Source of the DNA: Lama guanicoe
Lineage: Eukaryota
Direction: 5' to 3'
Assembly (NCBI GenBank): GCA_013239625.1
Contig: MU053881.1
Coordinates: 16,670,373 to 16,734,372, forward strand
Length of the DNA: 64,000 nt
Shown here one piece after another: positions 36,921 to 50,200 of this stretch. Numbering within the stretch: position 1 is the first letter of the stretch; every line of letters starts with the position of its first letter. The notes below the pieces were generated by a model. The model was not told where the DNA came from and did no database searches. It worked only from the letters and a program-made list of their open reading frames with translations. The translations under genes and the position numbers were made by a program.

Positions 36921-36996
36921 CTCCGTTCTGAGTGATGTAGCGGACCCACGGCAGGGCCTGGTAGCCGCTCTTCTCAATGATCTTCAGGTAGCGCAC
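36921..36996 (-). CDS. AP1M1: AP1M1 exon 11 (VRYLKIIEKSGYQALPWVRYITQNG)
   Basis: CAG|GTG and G|GTGCGT; 76 nt; WVRY cargo-binding region. Confidence 0.97.
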
Positions 36997-37544
36997 CTGG
37001 GGCACAGGTATCAGGGACCTGAGCGCACACACGCCCCATTCCCCTCCCCACCTCCTGAACCCTCTTAGTCACTCCTCCCAGGGCCAGGCTGTGACCAGGC
37101 AGGTGAGGGAGGGGACGAAAGGCCTTGATCTGTCTGCACCACACTGAGGCCGAGAGAGGGCAGAGGTGCTTCTAGAAGAAGGGGGAAGAGCCAGATGTGT
37201 GCTCGCAAGCACAGCCCTCCAGCAGGTTCCTGGAGAAGGCGCCAGTCTAGGGTTCTCTTCCCCACACAGGTTTTCCACTGAGGTGCCCAGGAGAATGGGC
37301 CCTGTGGTGGCAAGTGTGTGGACACTGGAGGCTCAGTGCATCTCTGGACTTGGAGCTGAAGCACAGGTGAGGTCTGAGGAGATGGCAGTGGGCCTGTCTC
37401 CATCAGGGCTGGGCGTCCACCGTGGCACCCTGAGACAAGCCAACAGCACCCTTTTCTTAGCTGGGTGCACTGATGTCTGTCACTTGCAACCCTCTGGGCC
37501 TGTCACGTCTACCGTGGGACCCCAGCTACTGTGGCCACACGCAC

Positions 37545-37670
37545 CTGGATGCCAGAGGTAGTGAAGTAGGGGATCTCGAACTTGACGCTGATGGGGGGCT
37601 TGCCCTCCTTGTCCTCCGCCTCCACGCTGGGCAGGCCGAAGTGGGCCCGCATCAGGTACTCCTTGCCGCC
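37545..37670 (-). CDS. AP1M1: AP1M1 exon 10 (GGKEYLMRAHFGLPSVEAEDKEGKPPISVKFEIPYFTTSGIQ)
   Basis: CAG|GGC and CAG|GTGCGT; 126 nt. Confidence 0.97.
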
Positions 37671-38699
37671 CTGCGGTGGGGCAGATGAGGGTGGAGACAG
37701 TCAGGCCGAGGCCCTGGCCCAGCCTGGCCCACAGCTACCCCTGGAGAAGGCCAGGCTGCTCCTTGGCCGCCGAGCCCCTTCCTGCGTGGCCTGCGGTCAC
37801 CCAGCACCTTGGTTCCTCCAACACACTCACACTTGTCCTCCAGGCCTCACAGTTGGCCCCCAACAGCCCCGCAGGGCAGATCGCAGGCCGTGCCTGGGAA
37901 AATTGTTGAATTGGAAGGATGAAGAGAAAGTTTCACGAGTTCCCAGGGACAGAAGACTAGTTGCTTCAAGGAAAATAAGACCAATGGGCCTTGGGCAGGA
38001 GGAAGAGGGAGGGAGAGCGAGCATGGACAGAGCAGGTGCGGCCGCCGGGGGACAGGGCCCCGCCTGCCCCAGCCGGAGTCCAAGTGAGCACCCCCACGCC
38101 CCGTGTCAGGAGTGCAAGTGAAAGCAAAAGGGAAACGTCAAAATGGAGACGGCAACAGGGAGAGGTGACAAAGAGACCAACTGATGAGATGGCCCCGCGG
38201 TCTTGCTCCCGAAGAGGGTGGCCCTGGCCCTGGAAGCTGAGCAATGACTCCAGAGATGGGGCTCAGAGCAGGGCCAGGAATGCGCAGGCCCTCGACTTGG
38301 CCACGAGGAGTCAGGAGTCTGGGCCTGGTCATCCAAGTGCCCAGTGAGCCTCGCCCAGAACTGCAGGGAGCAGTGGGGAGCAGGGCTCTCATCACATCTG
38401 GGACAACGAGGTTTTTTGATCCCCAGGCCTCCGCCTACAAGAGTGGCTGCCGACCAGGGCTGCTCCCGCCCCAGAGCAGGGGCCATCCCTGCACGCCTTG
38501 GCCCCCGGGCGGCTCCCTGGGGCAGCGCCTCGGCCCCTCCACCATGGAGGCCTGGTCAGTCTCTGCTCGTCAGTGCAGGAGTGTGGACTCCGCCGGACTC
38601 GGGACCCTGGCGCTCAGTGAAGGTTCTGGGACAGCGAAGGGGGAATGATGTGGTGTCAGCAACACACAAAGCAGGCAGCCGAAGAGTAAAAGCAGCTCC

Positions 38700-41600
38700 G
38701 TCAGCCTGTGTGGGAAAACGAACACCAGGCCAGAAACCTGAGCTTTATAAAAACCAAGCAGAAAATAAGACCAAAGAACATGTAGAGAGGCAGCCTCCCC
38801 AGGCGGGGGGAGCCTGCAAGCCCCCTAGCGCCAGTCGTGTCCGAGTAAGGGGGTTCACTCCTCCTGTTCATGAGGAAGACTTACAGGTTGGCCCACAGAC
38901 CGAAACCCAGCTCGACGCTGTGAAAGCAGAGTGAGAGAGGTCGAACCAGCAGGAAGAGTGGGCGAAGGCCTGCCGGGCGAAGTCGAACAAAACAGGGTAG
39001 GGCTGCTGCCACAGGAAAGAATCCAGGGCAAAGAATTACAGGCGCAAAGGATGACAGGCCACAGTCCTATGCTCCCCAGTGAAGACAGAATAGTTACGAG
39101 TATCTACACACCGAATAACACGGCAGCAACTTGTGTTAAGCAGATGCTACAAGAGATGCAACAGGAACCAGGGGAAGGCAGAGCTGCCCCCGCGCTCCGT
39201 CTGCCAGACGTCACATGCGCACGTGTCAAGGTCTCTACCCCGATAACAGAGGCCTTACTGTCTTCTCAAGTGCATACGGGACACTCACAAACTTTGACCT
39301 TATGTTAGCACACAGTGAACATGTCAACAGATTCTAAAAGTAGAAACAGCATGAGTAACACTCTCCAGCCTCAATGCACCAAACCTATAGTGAAGAGAAA
39401 ATGGAAAACAAAAGGCCCTTAGACCAGGAAATTAAAACAAAACAAAAAAATACTCCCATTCGATTACAGAACTTCTAGATGGTATCAAATATTCCCTGCC
39501 AGATGCACGGGCTATACAGCTTAGGCAGGGTTCAGCTATACAGCTTAGGCAGCTTAGGCAGGGTTCAACATTTGTGGCTTAAACATAGTGATGCGAATTT
39601 AAAATACACCATAAATTAAAAGAACTTGAAAATTAGAACAAAGAAAGGATCAAGAAATTAAAATTGAAAACTTATAAAACTGAAAAATATTACAACAAAT
39701 AAACTTGAAAGTGAATCTGGGGGAAAAAAAGACAAACCACTAAGTAAACTCATCAAGGGAAAAAAAAGGCACAAATACACAAAATAAGGCATAGGGGTAG
39801 CAGGGTGGGTATAGCTCAAGTGGTGAAGTGCCGGCTTACCATCCACAGGGTTCTGAGTTCAATCCCCAGTGCCTCCTCTAAAAGTAAATAAGTAAACTTA
39901 ATTACCTCTCCCTACAAGAAGTATTTAAAAAATAAATAAAAAAAAAAGGGGAAGTAACTTTCATAAGAGAAGGGGTTTATAACTATGTGCGGATAAATTT
40001 GAAAACCTGGTTAGAATGGATAATTTTGGAGGAAAATACAATTCACCCAAACTGACTTGAACTGAAGCAGATACTCTAAACGGCCTAATTTTCATAGAAG
40101 AGAGAGAGAAAGCACAGAGGTACAGAGAGTCACACAGCCGAGTTCCATCAATCCTCTCAAGACCAGACCGTCTCAAGGCTATCTGAACGCTCTGCAGAAT
40201 GGAAAAGGGAGACAAATTATGACGTGGTACAACATTAAATAAATAAACCAGAAAAAACACATTTCTTCTGTGTAGCACAGGGAACTATATTCAGTATCTT
40301 GTAATAACCTTTAATGAAAAGGAGCATGAAAATGAATACATGTTTGTATATGCCTGACTGTGCACCAGAAACTGACACATTGTAACTGACTGTACTTCAA
40401 CTAAAAAAAAATCTAATTACTTCCCTCCCCCAAAATTAAAAAACACCACGAATTAAAAAAATAAATGTTAATAAAAAATAGTAAACCAAAAAAAATGGGC
40501 GCAACCCTGATACCCAGTAGATGACACACCAGGAACCCGCACCGAACTCAGTCATGACTGTCAGTGTAAAACTCCTACGTGCAGCGTTAGCCAGCAGGAT
40601 CAGCGGCATGTTAAAAACAAACTACCAGAGTCATGTGGTGCGTACCGGAATGCATGGGTGGTTCAGGATCCATCCCGTTAATATATACGAACGGACAAAG
40701 ACACTGAAAAGGTGCTTGGCTAAACTCGCTGCCCATCTGTGCTAAAAGCAAAGTCAAGCAGCCCTGGGTTGAGTCGCAGCCTGAAGCAGCAACACTCGGA
40801 GGGGAAACGCTGGCAGCTCCAGTAGGAGGCAAAGCCAGGAGGCTGCGCCCTCCACCGCCACTGACAGCCCTGGAGGCGGCACCCGGTGCAGTGGGATGCC
40901 AGAAGCCACCAGATGCCCAAGAGCAGGAGAGGGAATGGGGAAACTGCACCTGACTGCAAATGATATGAAACAATATCTAAAGCCCGTAAGAATCAAAAGA
41001 AAAACTACCTCAAACAAAGGGACCAGGATGTAAAATTACCACGTGAATGTTAGGAACTTGCTGGAAGATACAGAAGACCCCATTTACCAAAACATCGACT
41101 TAAAAATCACCTAAATGAGAAATGCACAAAACCAGCAGAGATCCCCAGGGTGTCCTGGGGGCGAGGAGTGTTCTGTGGCTTTTATCTGGCTCCACACACA
41201 TAGATGTGGCCCCTGAGGAAAGTCATTGAGTTGTTGACATACCATTTGTGTATTTTTCTGCAGGTTACACTTCAATAAAAGCCCTTTTTAAAACTATGGG
41301 AAAGCCCAGTGAGGTATATCAGGTAAACATCACAACATTTCCAAACGGCACAAAGGTGAGAGTGGGACAAGGCTACTGGATGGGACAACTCGGTCGCATA
41401 AAGGTGTTTTTTCTTCCCAATTAACTTACAAATTTAGTACAAACAAACTGATTCTAAAATTCATAAGGAAAAGGTAACAAGCTAGAGTTACCATGAAACA
41501 GACAAGCAAGGGGGGTGTGGAGAGTTAGGGTGGGGGTAGGGTCGGCCCCACCAGATGTTAAAACATAGAATAAAGCCTCGCGTTAAGAGATGGCCTTGCT

Positions 41601-42250
41601 GTACGGAGAGGCGGCCAAGAGGACTTTTAGAAAGAGACCTAATGACTCACGAAAATGTGATCTTTGAAAAACATGGCATTTCAAACCACTGGGGAAAGGG
41701 TAGGACTTTTTAGTAAATGGTGTTAGGAAAATGGATACCCATTTGGAAAAAGACAAAATTGGATCTGTGTGTCCCCCGTTTACCAGACTGTGCTCTGAAA
41801 GGACCTAAGATCTAAGGTGAAAAACACCACATACATGTTGTAGAAGCAAACTCGGGTGAATTGCTTTATAACCGGAATGGGGAAGCCTTCCAAAGCATGA
41901 CTTAAAATCTGGACATAATAAAAGGAAAAGTCTGAGAAATGTGACCACGTTAAACAACGATAACATGAAGAAGCAATCAGAAATGTGTGCACAGCAAAAA
42001 GCATCAGAAGCAAAGTCAAAAGATAAACACCAAACTGAGGAAAACCATTTGCTATGGTATCAAAGAAAACGCATGAATCTTTAGTCTTGCCCGCGCATAA
42101 AGAGCACTTGGAAACTAAGAAGAAAACGACTAAACCTGATGGAAAAGTGAGCAAGAGACACTGACTCCAGTTTCCCGAAAAAGAAACGCAAACAGCCCTC
42201 TTAGACATAAAAAAGCGCTCCATCTCGCTTATAACGAAAACAGGCGATGC
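38700..42250 (+). mobile_element. Ancient L1M ORF2 remnant filling most of AP1M1 intron 9 (antisense to gene)
   Basis: Decayed ORF2 landmarks (atctacacaccgaataac; aatttgaaaacctgg..gaatggataa; ggaatgcatgggtggttca; aaatggtgttaggaaaa). Confidence 0.7.
39803..39950 (+). mobile_element. Vic-1-like SINE
   Basis: gggtatagctcaagtggt...gagttcaatccccagt with aaacttaattacctc tail. Confidence 0.8.
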
Positions 42251-42701
42251 TCACACCTGCCTCCCAGGCTCCGGGCGGGCGCCCCTCCCACAAACCCAAA
42301 CGCCAGCTCAAAATCCGGGGGCCCTGCCAGCCTGTGGAGCTGGCTCGGGGCAGGAAGTGTTCTGGGTTCCTGGGGCAGGTGCTGGATTCCCGAAACCCGG
42401 GCTGCTCTGGCCCCAAGACAGTCAGTTCCCCTCGTGGGATGTGGAGTTCTGAACAAGAGGAAGGAGCAGCAGGTCCCTGAGTCGACCTCTGCCTAACTCC
42501 CCCAGGCCTGGGCAGCCCCTCGGCTCTCCCTCCTGAACCTCCCCAAGCCCCAGGCGGGGGGATCCCGGCCCTGTGCCCTGTTCAGAGCTTGGTGAGGGGG
42601 TCCTGCTCCAGTCAGGCTGCCCCACGGTGACAGGCACAGGGAGCAGGTGAGTGTGGGTGGAAGTCCAGAAGGGGTGCCCCACCCCCCAGAAGCGTGCTCA
42701 C

Positions 42702-42860
42702 CGGGAAGGACTTGATGGACCACACGATCTCACTGTTCTCAGGGACCCACTTGACGCTCCCCACTGTCGTCTTGAACTTGGGCGAGTCGGCGTCGTTGGG
42801 CACGGGGATGTGGATCTCCACGTTGTTGGCCGTTGACCGCCGTTTGAACTGACTCTTGGC
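42702..42860 (-). CDS. AP1M1: AP1M1 exon 9 (AKSQFKRRSTANNVEIHIPVPNDADSPKFKTTVGSVKWVPENSEIVWSIKSFP)
   Basis: CAG|GCC and CCG|GTGAGC; 159 nt. Confidence 0.98.
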
Positions 42861-43313
42861 CTGGAGACGAGGCCAACGTGGCCAAGGTTGTGGAGGGCGA
42901 AGGTGAGGCAGCCCAGCTCCCACCAGCCTGCTCCCACAAGGGCTGCACGCTGCTTGCCCGGCCTGTGGGACCCCCTCGATCCTCACTGAGGTGTCCCCCA
43001 CGTCCTCTCCCACCTCTTGAGACTTTCCTGATGCCCAACTGGAAGTTCAGTCTCCACTCTCCTGACTCCTCGGCCTTTGGGACTCCCCATCCCTGCCTCT
43101 GGCCCGGCCCTGACCTCCTGGGACAATGTCGGTGTCACCAAGACTGGCCTGCTGCTCATCGTGAGGCAGCACAGATGACAGCCACAGGCTTCACCCCCAG
43201 GTTAGGACCCTGGACAGGCCAGGGGCCCCGGAGGGCCCTCACAAGGCAGGGCCACCCACATGCCCCTCTTACTGCCCCGCGGCGGCCGTGCTGCCGGCAG
43301 GACGCACACGCAC

Positions 43314-43385
43314 CTTGATCATGTACTCGATGCGGCTGTGGGAATGCTTTTCAATCACGGACTCGATCCAGATCAAGGGCTTGAC
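43314..43385 (-). CDS. AP1M1: AP1M1 exon 8 (VKPLIWIESVIEKHSHSRIEYMIK)
   Basis: CAG|GTC and AAG|GTGCGT; 72 nt. Confidence 0.97.
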
Positions 43386-43771
43386 CTGGCAGGGAGAGTG
43401 AAGACAGCGCTTACACACAGTCGCTTTGCAAAGCCCCACTTCACAGAGGGGAACCAGAGGCCTAGGGCAAGGGGCCACTTGGCCAGGTGTGAGCCCAGCC
43501 CAGTACGGCCCAGTGCTCTTGGAGGAGCCCGCAGCCAGTGCAGCCAGTGCAGGGATGGGTCAGAGCACAGAGAAAAGGCAGCAACCATCACCGGGGTCGT
43601 TCTGGGGGCACTGCCTGGCAAGGGCGCAGTGGTGCCAAGGGGGTCTGCCCCTCAGCAAGTTCAGGGCCTGGCACTGTCTCCCTGGGGAGCTGCGCCCATC
43701 GCCCGGCAGACATGAGACCCACCAGGGCAGGGGGCGGCCGCCCCAGGGAGGAGCAGGGCCGGCGCACTCAC

Positions 43772-43914
43772 GTGGGTGTTGAGGCGGTAGGACATGAGCT
43801 CGAACTCGCCGTCGGGTGGGATGAAGGAGATGGTGCGGTCGTTCTCAAAGCGCGAGAGCCGCACACACTGGTGGAACTTCACGTCCTCCAGCTCCACGGA
43901 CTTGCTTTTGCCAC
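43772..43914 (-). CDS. AP1M1: AP1M1 exon 7 (RGKSKSVELEDVKFHQCVRLSRFENDRTISFIPPDGEFELMSYRLNTH)
   Basis: FHQCV and ISFIPPDGEFELMSY mu-homology motifs; CAG|GT and CAC|GTGAGT; 143 nt. Confidence 0.98.
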
Positions 43915-44963
43915 CTGAGGGGAGATGGGGGTGAGGGCGGGACAGACCCTAGGCTCTCCAGGCCACTCTCAGCAATGCTCCCACTGCCTGGGGCCCGCCC
44001 CTGACAGAGCAGTGCTGCTCCCCAAATCTGTGAGAGCATCTTGGGCCATGAACACCAAGGGGGCCGGCTTCTGAGACAACCCCCACCCCACCTCTCCTCA
44101 GCCCCCGGAAGAAACACCATGTCCCAACACTGGGCTGAGGGCAGGGCTGGTAGGACTGATTCATGCCAACCAACTGCCAGGGTGGCTGCCTGGAACATGT
44201 TTGCCAAATGACTAACAGACCCTACTAGGGGTGCACAGTGATGACTCAGGGCTCCCCAAGGGCCCTGGCCTGTCACTCCTTGGGTCCTGGGGTCCTGTCT
44301 TGGTTTCCCAGCCCAGAGAGGCGGTGCGGAGCGGACCCAGCTGGGAGGGGAGCGGCTCTATTGGGCTAATGTCTGAGAGGCCCTCATACTGCTGCTGCAG
44401 ACCTAACCATGACAACGTGGCCACCGCTCCAGCTGCTGGTGGGCCTGTGGTTGGCAGGGAGGCTGGTGGTCCAGTTTGCAAACATGAAGCCCCAGCAACC
44501 CTGGGCTCCTGAGGCCGCTCTGGCCCTGCCCCACCCGGGAAGGGCTACATCCAGGCCAGGCAGTGCAAGCTTGAACTACTATGTATGGCTTTCAAACAGC
44601 CCAGACCCAGCGCCAGAGGTGAGAGCAGAAACTGGGTCCTGGAGTCCCTTCCCGTAGGGCAGGGCTCAGGCCCTGCTGCGTGACTCTCCACGCGCCTGGC
44701 ACCTAAGGTGCTCACCCGGACCCTCTGGCCCGAGGGGCGGCGAGGGGACTTGACTAGAGGGTTTCCACGCTCCTGTGTCTTCTAGATCCCAGGTGTTAAT
44801 TTATTAGTTTTCACAGCTGTCTTGTAAACAACGGGAAAATGGTTCTAAACCCGGCGCTTGAGATGGGCTTGTCCTCTGTGCAGGTGGACACTTCCTCCAC
44901 TGCCCCAGGGGCCACTCTGTCCTTGGGTGCCCTCTGCCTGGGGTGAGGATGGGGGGTACTCAC

Positions 44964-45090
44964 GGCCCGTGTTGTCAAAGAGGACCTTGTCGTTGAGGCC
45001 CAGGCGCAGCTCGGGCATGCCCGACAGGAAGACCCGCATCTTGATGGAGCCCACGATCTCGCTGCGCAGAACGTTCCCGTTGGCACTGAC
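44964..45090 (-). CDS. AP1M1: AP1M1 exon 6 (VSANGNVLRSEIVGSIKMRVFLSGMPELRLGLNDKVLFDNTG)
   Basis: TAG|GTC and C|GTGAGT; 127 nt; LSGMPELRLGLND motif. Confidence 0.98.
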
Positions 45091-46224
45091 CTAGGCGTGG
45101 CGGGACAGGAGTGAGGGGAAGCCCCACACATGGCTGCTGTCCCCTACCATGCTGCATGGCCTTCGTGCTGCCTCTATTCTTGAAGCCCTTCTCAGTGTTC
45201 CCTGAGCTGGGGGTGCTGTGCCAGGCCCCACCCTCTAGGCCTCAGGCCATACTGGGCTCCTCCCCCGTGGATGGGCCTGGGATGTGGTACCTGGAAACCT
45301 GTCTGAAGGCTCTTTCATACACTTACTCCCTCTTTGGAGTTCCCAGAATGCCCAGGCAGACCTGACGGCTCCAGGCGGTGTGCTAATGGCCTGGGTGACT
45401 CCACCAGTGTCTGCCCATCCGCGGGACCCCCTGGGGCTCTCTGGGAACAGGCCAGACTCACTTTCCTGGAAATCTGTTTCTTCCTGTGGGGTCACTGGGC
45501 CCTCGTTTCCCTAGGGCTTGTTGCAGATGGAGCTTCCTGGGCGCTGCTCCCTCCCTGCTCCCAGGACTGCCCTGAAGTCTGACAACCATGGATCCAAAAT
45601 AACAGTACACTTGAGCAAACAGTCACAGCTCCCACAGGCACTGAGCAGCTCCTCTGCGCCAGGGGCTGCCTTCTACGCTCCTCAGTGGGGCGGGGCTGCC
45701 ACTTGGGCGACTTTGTAACTCGTGTGCAACTCACGGGTCCTCTGTGCTCCCCCTAACTGTCTGCTCTTAGATCCTCTTCTCTGGGGGGCTGTCTCCCCTT
45801 GGGGCCTTGGGTCTGCACAGCCCTCTCTAGCTGTCCTCAGGAAGTGGACACAAAAGTCACACAGCCCAGAGGCTACTCTTGGCCCTGTGGGCAGCAACAG
45901 GATGGGGCTGGCCCTAGCTGAGGCGTGACTGGTGGCCCAGAGCTGGTGCCCTCCCCAGGGCGGGTGTGGAAGAGATGTTTGCAGGGGGACTGGCTGCCTA
46001 AGTACACCACTCCAGCCAGATTTCCGGAATCTGGAGGCCAATGTTGACTCTGGAGATAGCCAGCTCTGCAATCAGACCGAGGAAGGCGGTGTTCTAACAC
46101 GCCTGGGATGGCCACACCTGCCTCGTGGTGCCCTCTGTATGGAAGACTAGGGCTCCTTGGGCAGAGCCACATCCAGAGACACAATGTGGCTGGGATGCCC
46201 CTGAACTCCACTGCTTTCCTGTGC

Positions 46225-46392
46225 AGCTGTTTGTTTATTTATTTATTTATTTATAGTCTTCTTTGGGGGGGGGGAGCTAATTAGTTTTATTTATTTTATT
46301 ATTACTATTATTTATTTAATGGAGGCACTGGGGGTTGCACCCAGGACCTCACACGTGCTAGGTGTGCACCTACCACTGAGCTACACCCGCCC
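46225..46392 (-). mobile_element. Vic-1-like SINE
   Basis: ggaggcactgggggttgcacccaggacctc...taccactgagctacacc. Confidence 0.8.
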
Positions 46393-47299
46393 CGCTCCAT
46401 GCAGCTGTTTACAAGCTGCACCACGGGATTTGCTTCTCCACCCCGGACACCCTATATGGTCCAAGTTCTGAACTCAGTAAACAGAAGAAAGTCTTTAGGC
46501 AGGAGGGGAGCAGTGAGTGAGGCCATGGTCTTGCCTCATGACTTAAAAAGTAAAACAGCAAATACATTTACATTCAGTCCACGGGGAGACTCTTTTGGGA
46601 AAGCGCTGTCATCCAGCAACTGCCTGTCTGGGAACCTAGCCCTTCAGAAATCCCGCCCAGGCAAGGCAGACGCCCAAACACACGTCTGAGGAGGAGCCAT
46701 CACGCCCATTTCTGCACTGGCTAGGACAGTCAGAAACGGGCACGCCCGAGGGGCCCACATGACAGGACTGGCCCAGGCAGCCCCGGTCTGCCCGAGCAAT
46801 GGAGGTGAGGCACTCTCCCAGGCAGAGATAGGCGGGCTGCAGGGGAGATGGAACCGGCGCCCACCACCCTTTCCCTGCCACCGGCTACAGCTGTACCTGG
46901 GCAGCTGGGATGTGTGGGCAGCCACTGGAAAACTGAAAAGGAGGATCCTGGAAAAGCCGGCCGGACTGAGGCATCCCCCCTCTGCCACCCCATGTGAAAG
47001 TGCAGCAGAAAAACCTGGAAGTGGAAGTGAGCAGTGGGGTGTAGACAGGGTTTGCAGAAGCCTCGAGCCCCGGCTCCAGGGCCAGAAGGGGAACTCCTGC
47101 CGCTCAGAGGGAGTGTGGAAATCCCCCATTTCCCCTCTGTCCTCACGTCCAGGGCCCCAGGCAATTCAGCTGCTATTCCTGGCAGGTGGGGCAGATCGAG
47201 GATTCAGCCCAAGTGCAGACAAGCACAAGCGGGGATCTAGACCCAGGCAGCCTGAAAGCCCCAAAGGGAACAGAGTGAGGAGTTCAGGAAAGCAACCCT

Positions 47300-50200
47300 G
47301 TGAAGCTGTTTGTGTCTCCAGATCTCTCTAGAACCAGGCATGCAAGGACATGAGCCTAACTAGCACGCCCAAGACTCTGAGAACCAAAGCATCCAGTCCC
47401 AGCCAGACCTCCGGGCACTGCATGTTTGGGGAAGACTGAAATAGCAAAAGGCACAAAGACTCCGAAAACTGAACTGATACTCATGGTCCATGGACTTGGG
47501 GTTGGAACTTGTGGCCTGAACCTCACCAGGTCAACTGTCAACTAAAACAAAACAAAACAATACAAAACAAATCAGCATTTTCTATATAGTAATTTAAATA
47601 AGACCTAGAATCTTATAATATTCAAAACCCCCAGGATATAATCTACAATTGCTCAGCATACAAAGAGCCATGAAAGTTTCAGCTCACATGGAAGATACAA
47701 TCAACAGACACCAACGCTGACATGGATGTTGGGATTATCTGGCAAAGACTTCACACAGCTATGGTAAGACCTGCAAACACTCTTGCAACAAATGTTAAAC
47801 TAGAAAGTCCCCGTAAAGATACAGACTACAGAGAGACGCAGCAAATGGAAATTTTAGACCTAAAAAAAAAAAAAGTAACAAAAACCTCGTTGGATGGGCT
47901 CAATAGCAGAATGGAGATAATACAGAAAAGGGTCTGTGAACTTGAAAGCAGATCAACAGGAATTATCTAATCTAAACAACGGAGAGAAAAAAAGATGGAA
48001 TAGAGTGAAGAGAGCCTCAGGGACCCTTAGGACAATAACAAAAGGTCTAACATTCATGTCACTGGAGTCCAGAAAGAAGAGAGAAAAAGTGAGATGGTGA
48101 AAACATATTTGAAGAAATAATGGAATGAAAACAACCCAAATTTGGTAAAATACTTAAGCCTACAGATCCAAGAAGTGAACAAACCCCATACAGTAGAAAC
48201 CCAAGACATCCATGCCTAGGCACATCATAGCTATCTGCTGAGGACTGAAAACAAGGGCGAAATCTGGGAAGCAGCCAGAGAAAAACACCACGTTACCCAT
48301 AGGGAAATACGGATTCGAGTGACCTTGGATTTCTCATCAGAAACCATGGCGCCCGGAAGGAAGGGGCACAGCATTTGTAAGGTGCCAACAGAGAACTGTC
48401 AACCCATAACTTGACATCCAGTGACAATATCATGTAGGAATGAAGGTGAAAAAGAGACATTCTCAGATGAAGGAAAACCAAGCAAATGTGTAGCCAGTAA
48501 GCCTGTTCTGAAAGAATTGCTAAAAGAAGTTTTTTAGATGGAAGCAAAATTGCACCAGAAGGAAACCTGGAAAACTGGGAATGAAGGGAGAGCAACACAG
48601 GTGGTAAATATCTGGGTAAATATGGTGGAGAGGCTGCTGCTTCTCCTCTCGAGTTCTTTAACGTACGTTTGACAACTGAAAGCAAAAATTTTAACACTGA
48701 TAGGGTTTTCAATGTATGTAGATGAATATATAGGACAACTCTATAAAGCAGTAATAAAGTTTCTAAATTCCAATTAAAGTTGTAAAATATTGACTCTAAG
48801 TAATAATGAAAAGGTAAGCATGTATTTTATAGCAATCACTAGAAAAACTATACAAAGGAAAAAAACTATACCATGAAGAAACAAAATGGGACACTGAAAA
48901 TGTTCAACTAGATCACAGAAACATAGGAAAAGGAAAGGAATGAAAAACAGAGGGAACAAACAGGAAACAAATAATAAAATGGTAAACTTCAAGCAACTTA
49001 ATAGTTACAATATAAATGCTCTAAACATCAATTAAAAGACAGTGACAATCAGAATGGATTTTAAAAATGACCCAATTATATGTTTTCTACTATATGACAT
49101 GGGAAAGTTAAAAGTAAAAGGATTTTTTAAAAAAAGAAGAATATAATGAGAAAAGGGTCAGTTCACCAACAAAACAGAAGAATCCTAAATCCACTTGCAC
49201 CTAATAGCAGAACTTTAAAGTGTATGAAGCCAAGACGTAGACAAATTCACAGTTATAGCTGGAGATTTTAATGCTCCTTTGTCAGTAACAGGTAGAACCA
49301 GTAGACAGAAAATTAGCAAGAATTGTTAGAACTGAACAATGCCATTAACCAATTGAATTTAATTGGTATTTATAGAACAGTGTCCAACAAGAGCAGAATA
49401 TACACTTTTTGCAAGTGCACGTGGAACATTCACCAAGATACATCATATTCTGGATCATTAAAACAAACCTTAATAAACCTTAAAGAACTGACAGTATACA
49501 ACCTGTATTCTCACACAGTAGTAGAATAAAAATCAATGACAATAAAATAACAGAAAAATCTGCAAACATTTAGAAATTAAACAACACACTTTTATTAAAT
49601 AATCCATGGGTCAAAAAGGAAGACTCAAGGGAAATTTGAAGATATTTTGGAAAAAAAAAAAAAAAAGAAAATCCAACAAGTCAGTGTAAGATACAGCTAA
49701 AGCAGTGCGTAGAGAGAAATTCATAGCATTAAATGTTTACATTAGAAAACAAGAAAGGTTTCAAATTAGTATCTTCGGTTTCCACTTTAAGAAATTAGAA
49801 AAAGAAGAGCACAATAAACTGAAACCACAGGAAGAAAACACTCGAGATGAGAGCAGGAATCAGTGAAACTGAAGAAAGAGAAACGATAGAGAAAAAAATC
49901 AACGAAATCAAAAGCTGATTCTTTGTGAAGATCAGTAAAACAGATCAACCTCTCACAAGACTGACAGACAAGAAAGACAACATCAATTACCAAAATCAGA
50001 AATGAAAGAGGGGTTATCAGTGCAGACCCTGCACATATTAAAAAGATAGCAAGGGAATACTATAAACAGTACTATGCACATAAACTCAGTGACTTGGACG
50101 AAATAGACCAATTTCTTAAAAACAGTAAACGACCAAAACTCACTCGAGATGAAACAGAAAACCCAAATAACCCTATAACTATTAAAGGATTGAAATCTGT

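Noticed and set aside
36738..36977. ORF running through intron 11 into the terminal DYQLRTQ
   Set aside because: It is out of frame with exon 11 (intron length 160 is not a multiple of 3) and has no ATG start; not an alternative coding exon.
37473..38934. Plus-strand ORFs overlapping exon 10 and intron 9 (e.g. 179 aa, 196 aa)
   Set aside because: Antisense shadows of coding or GC-rich sequence with no domain similarity.
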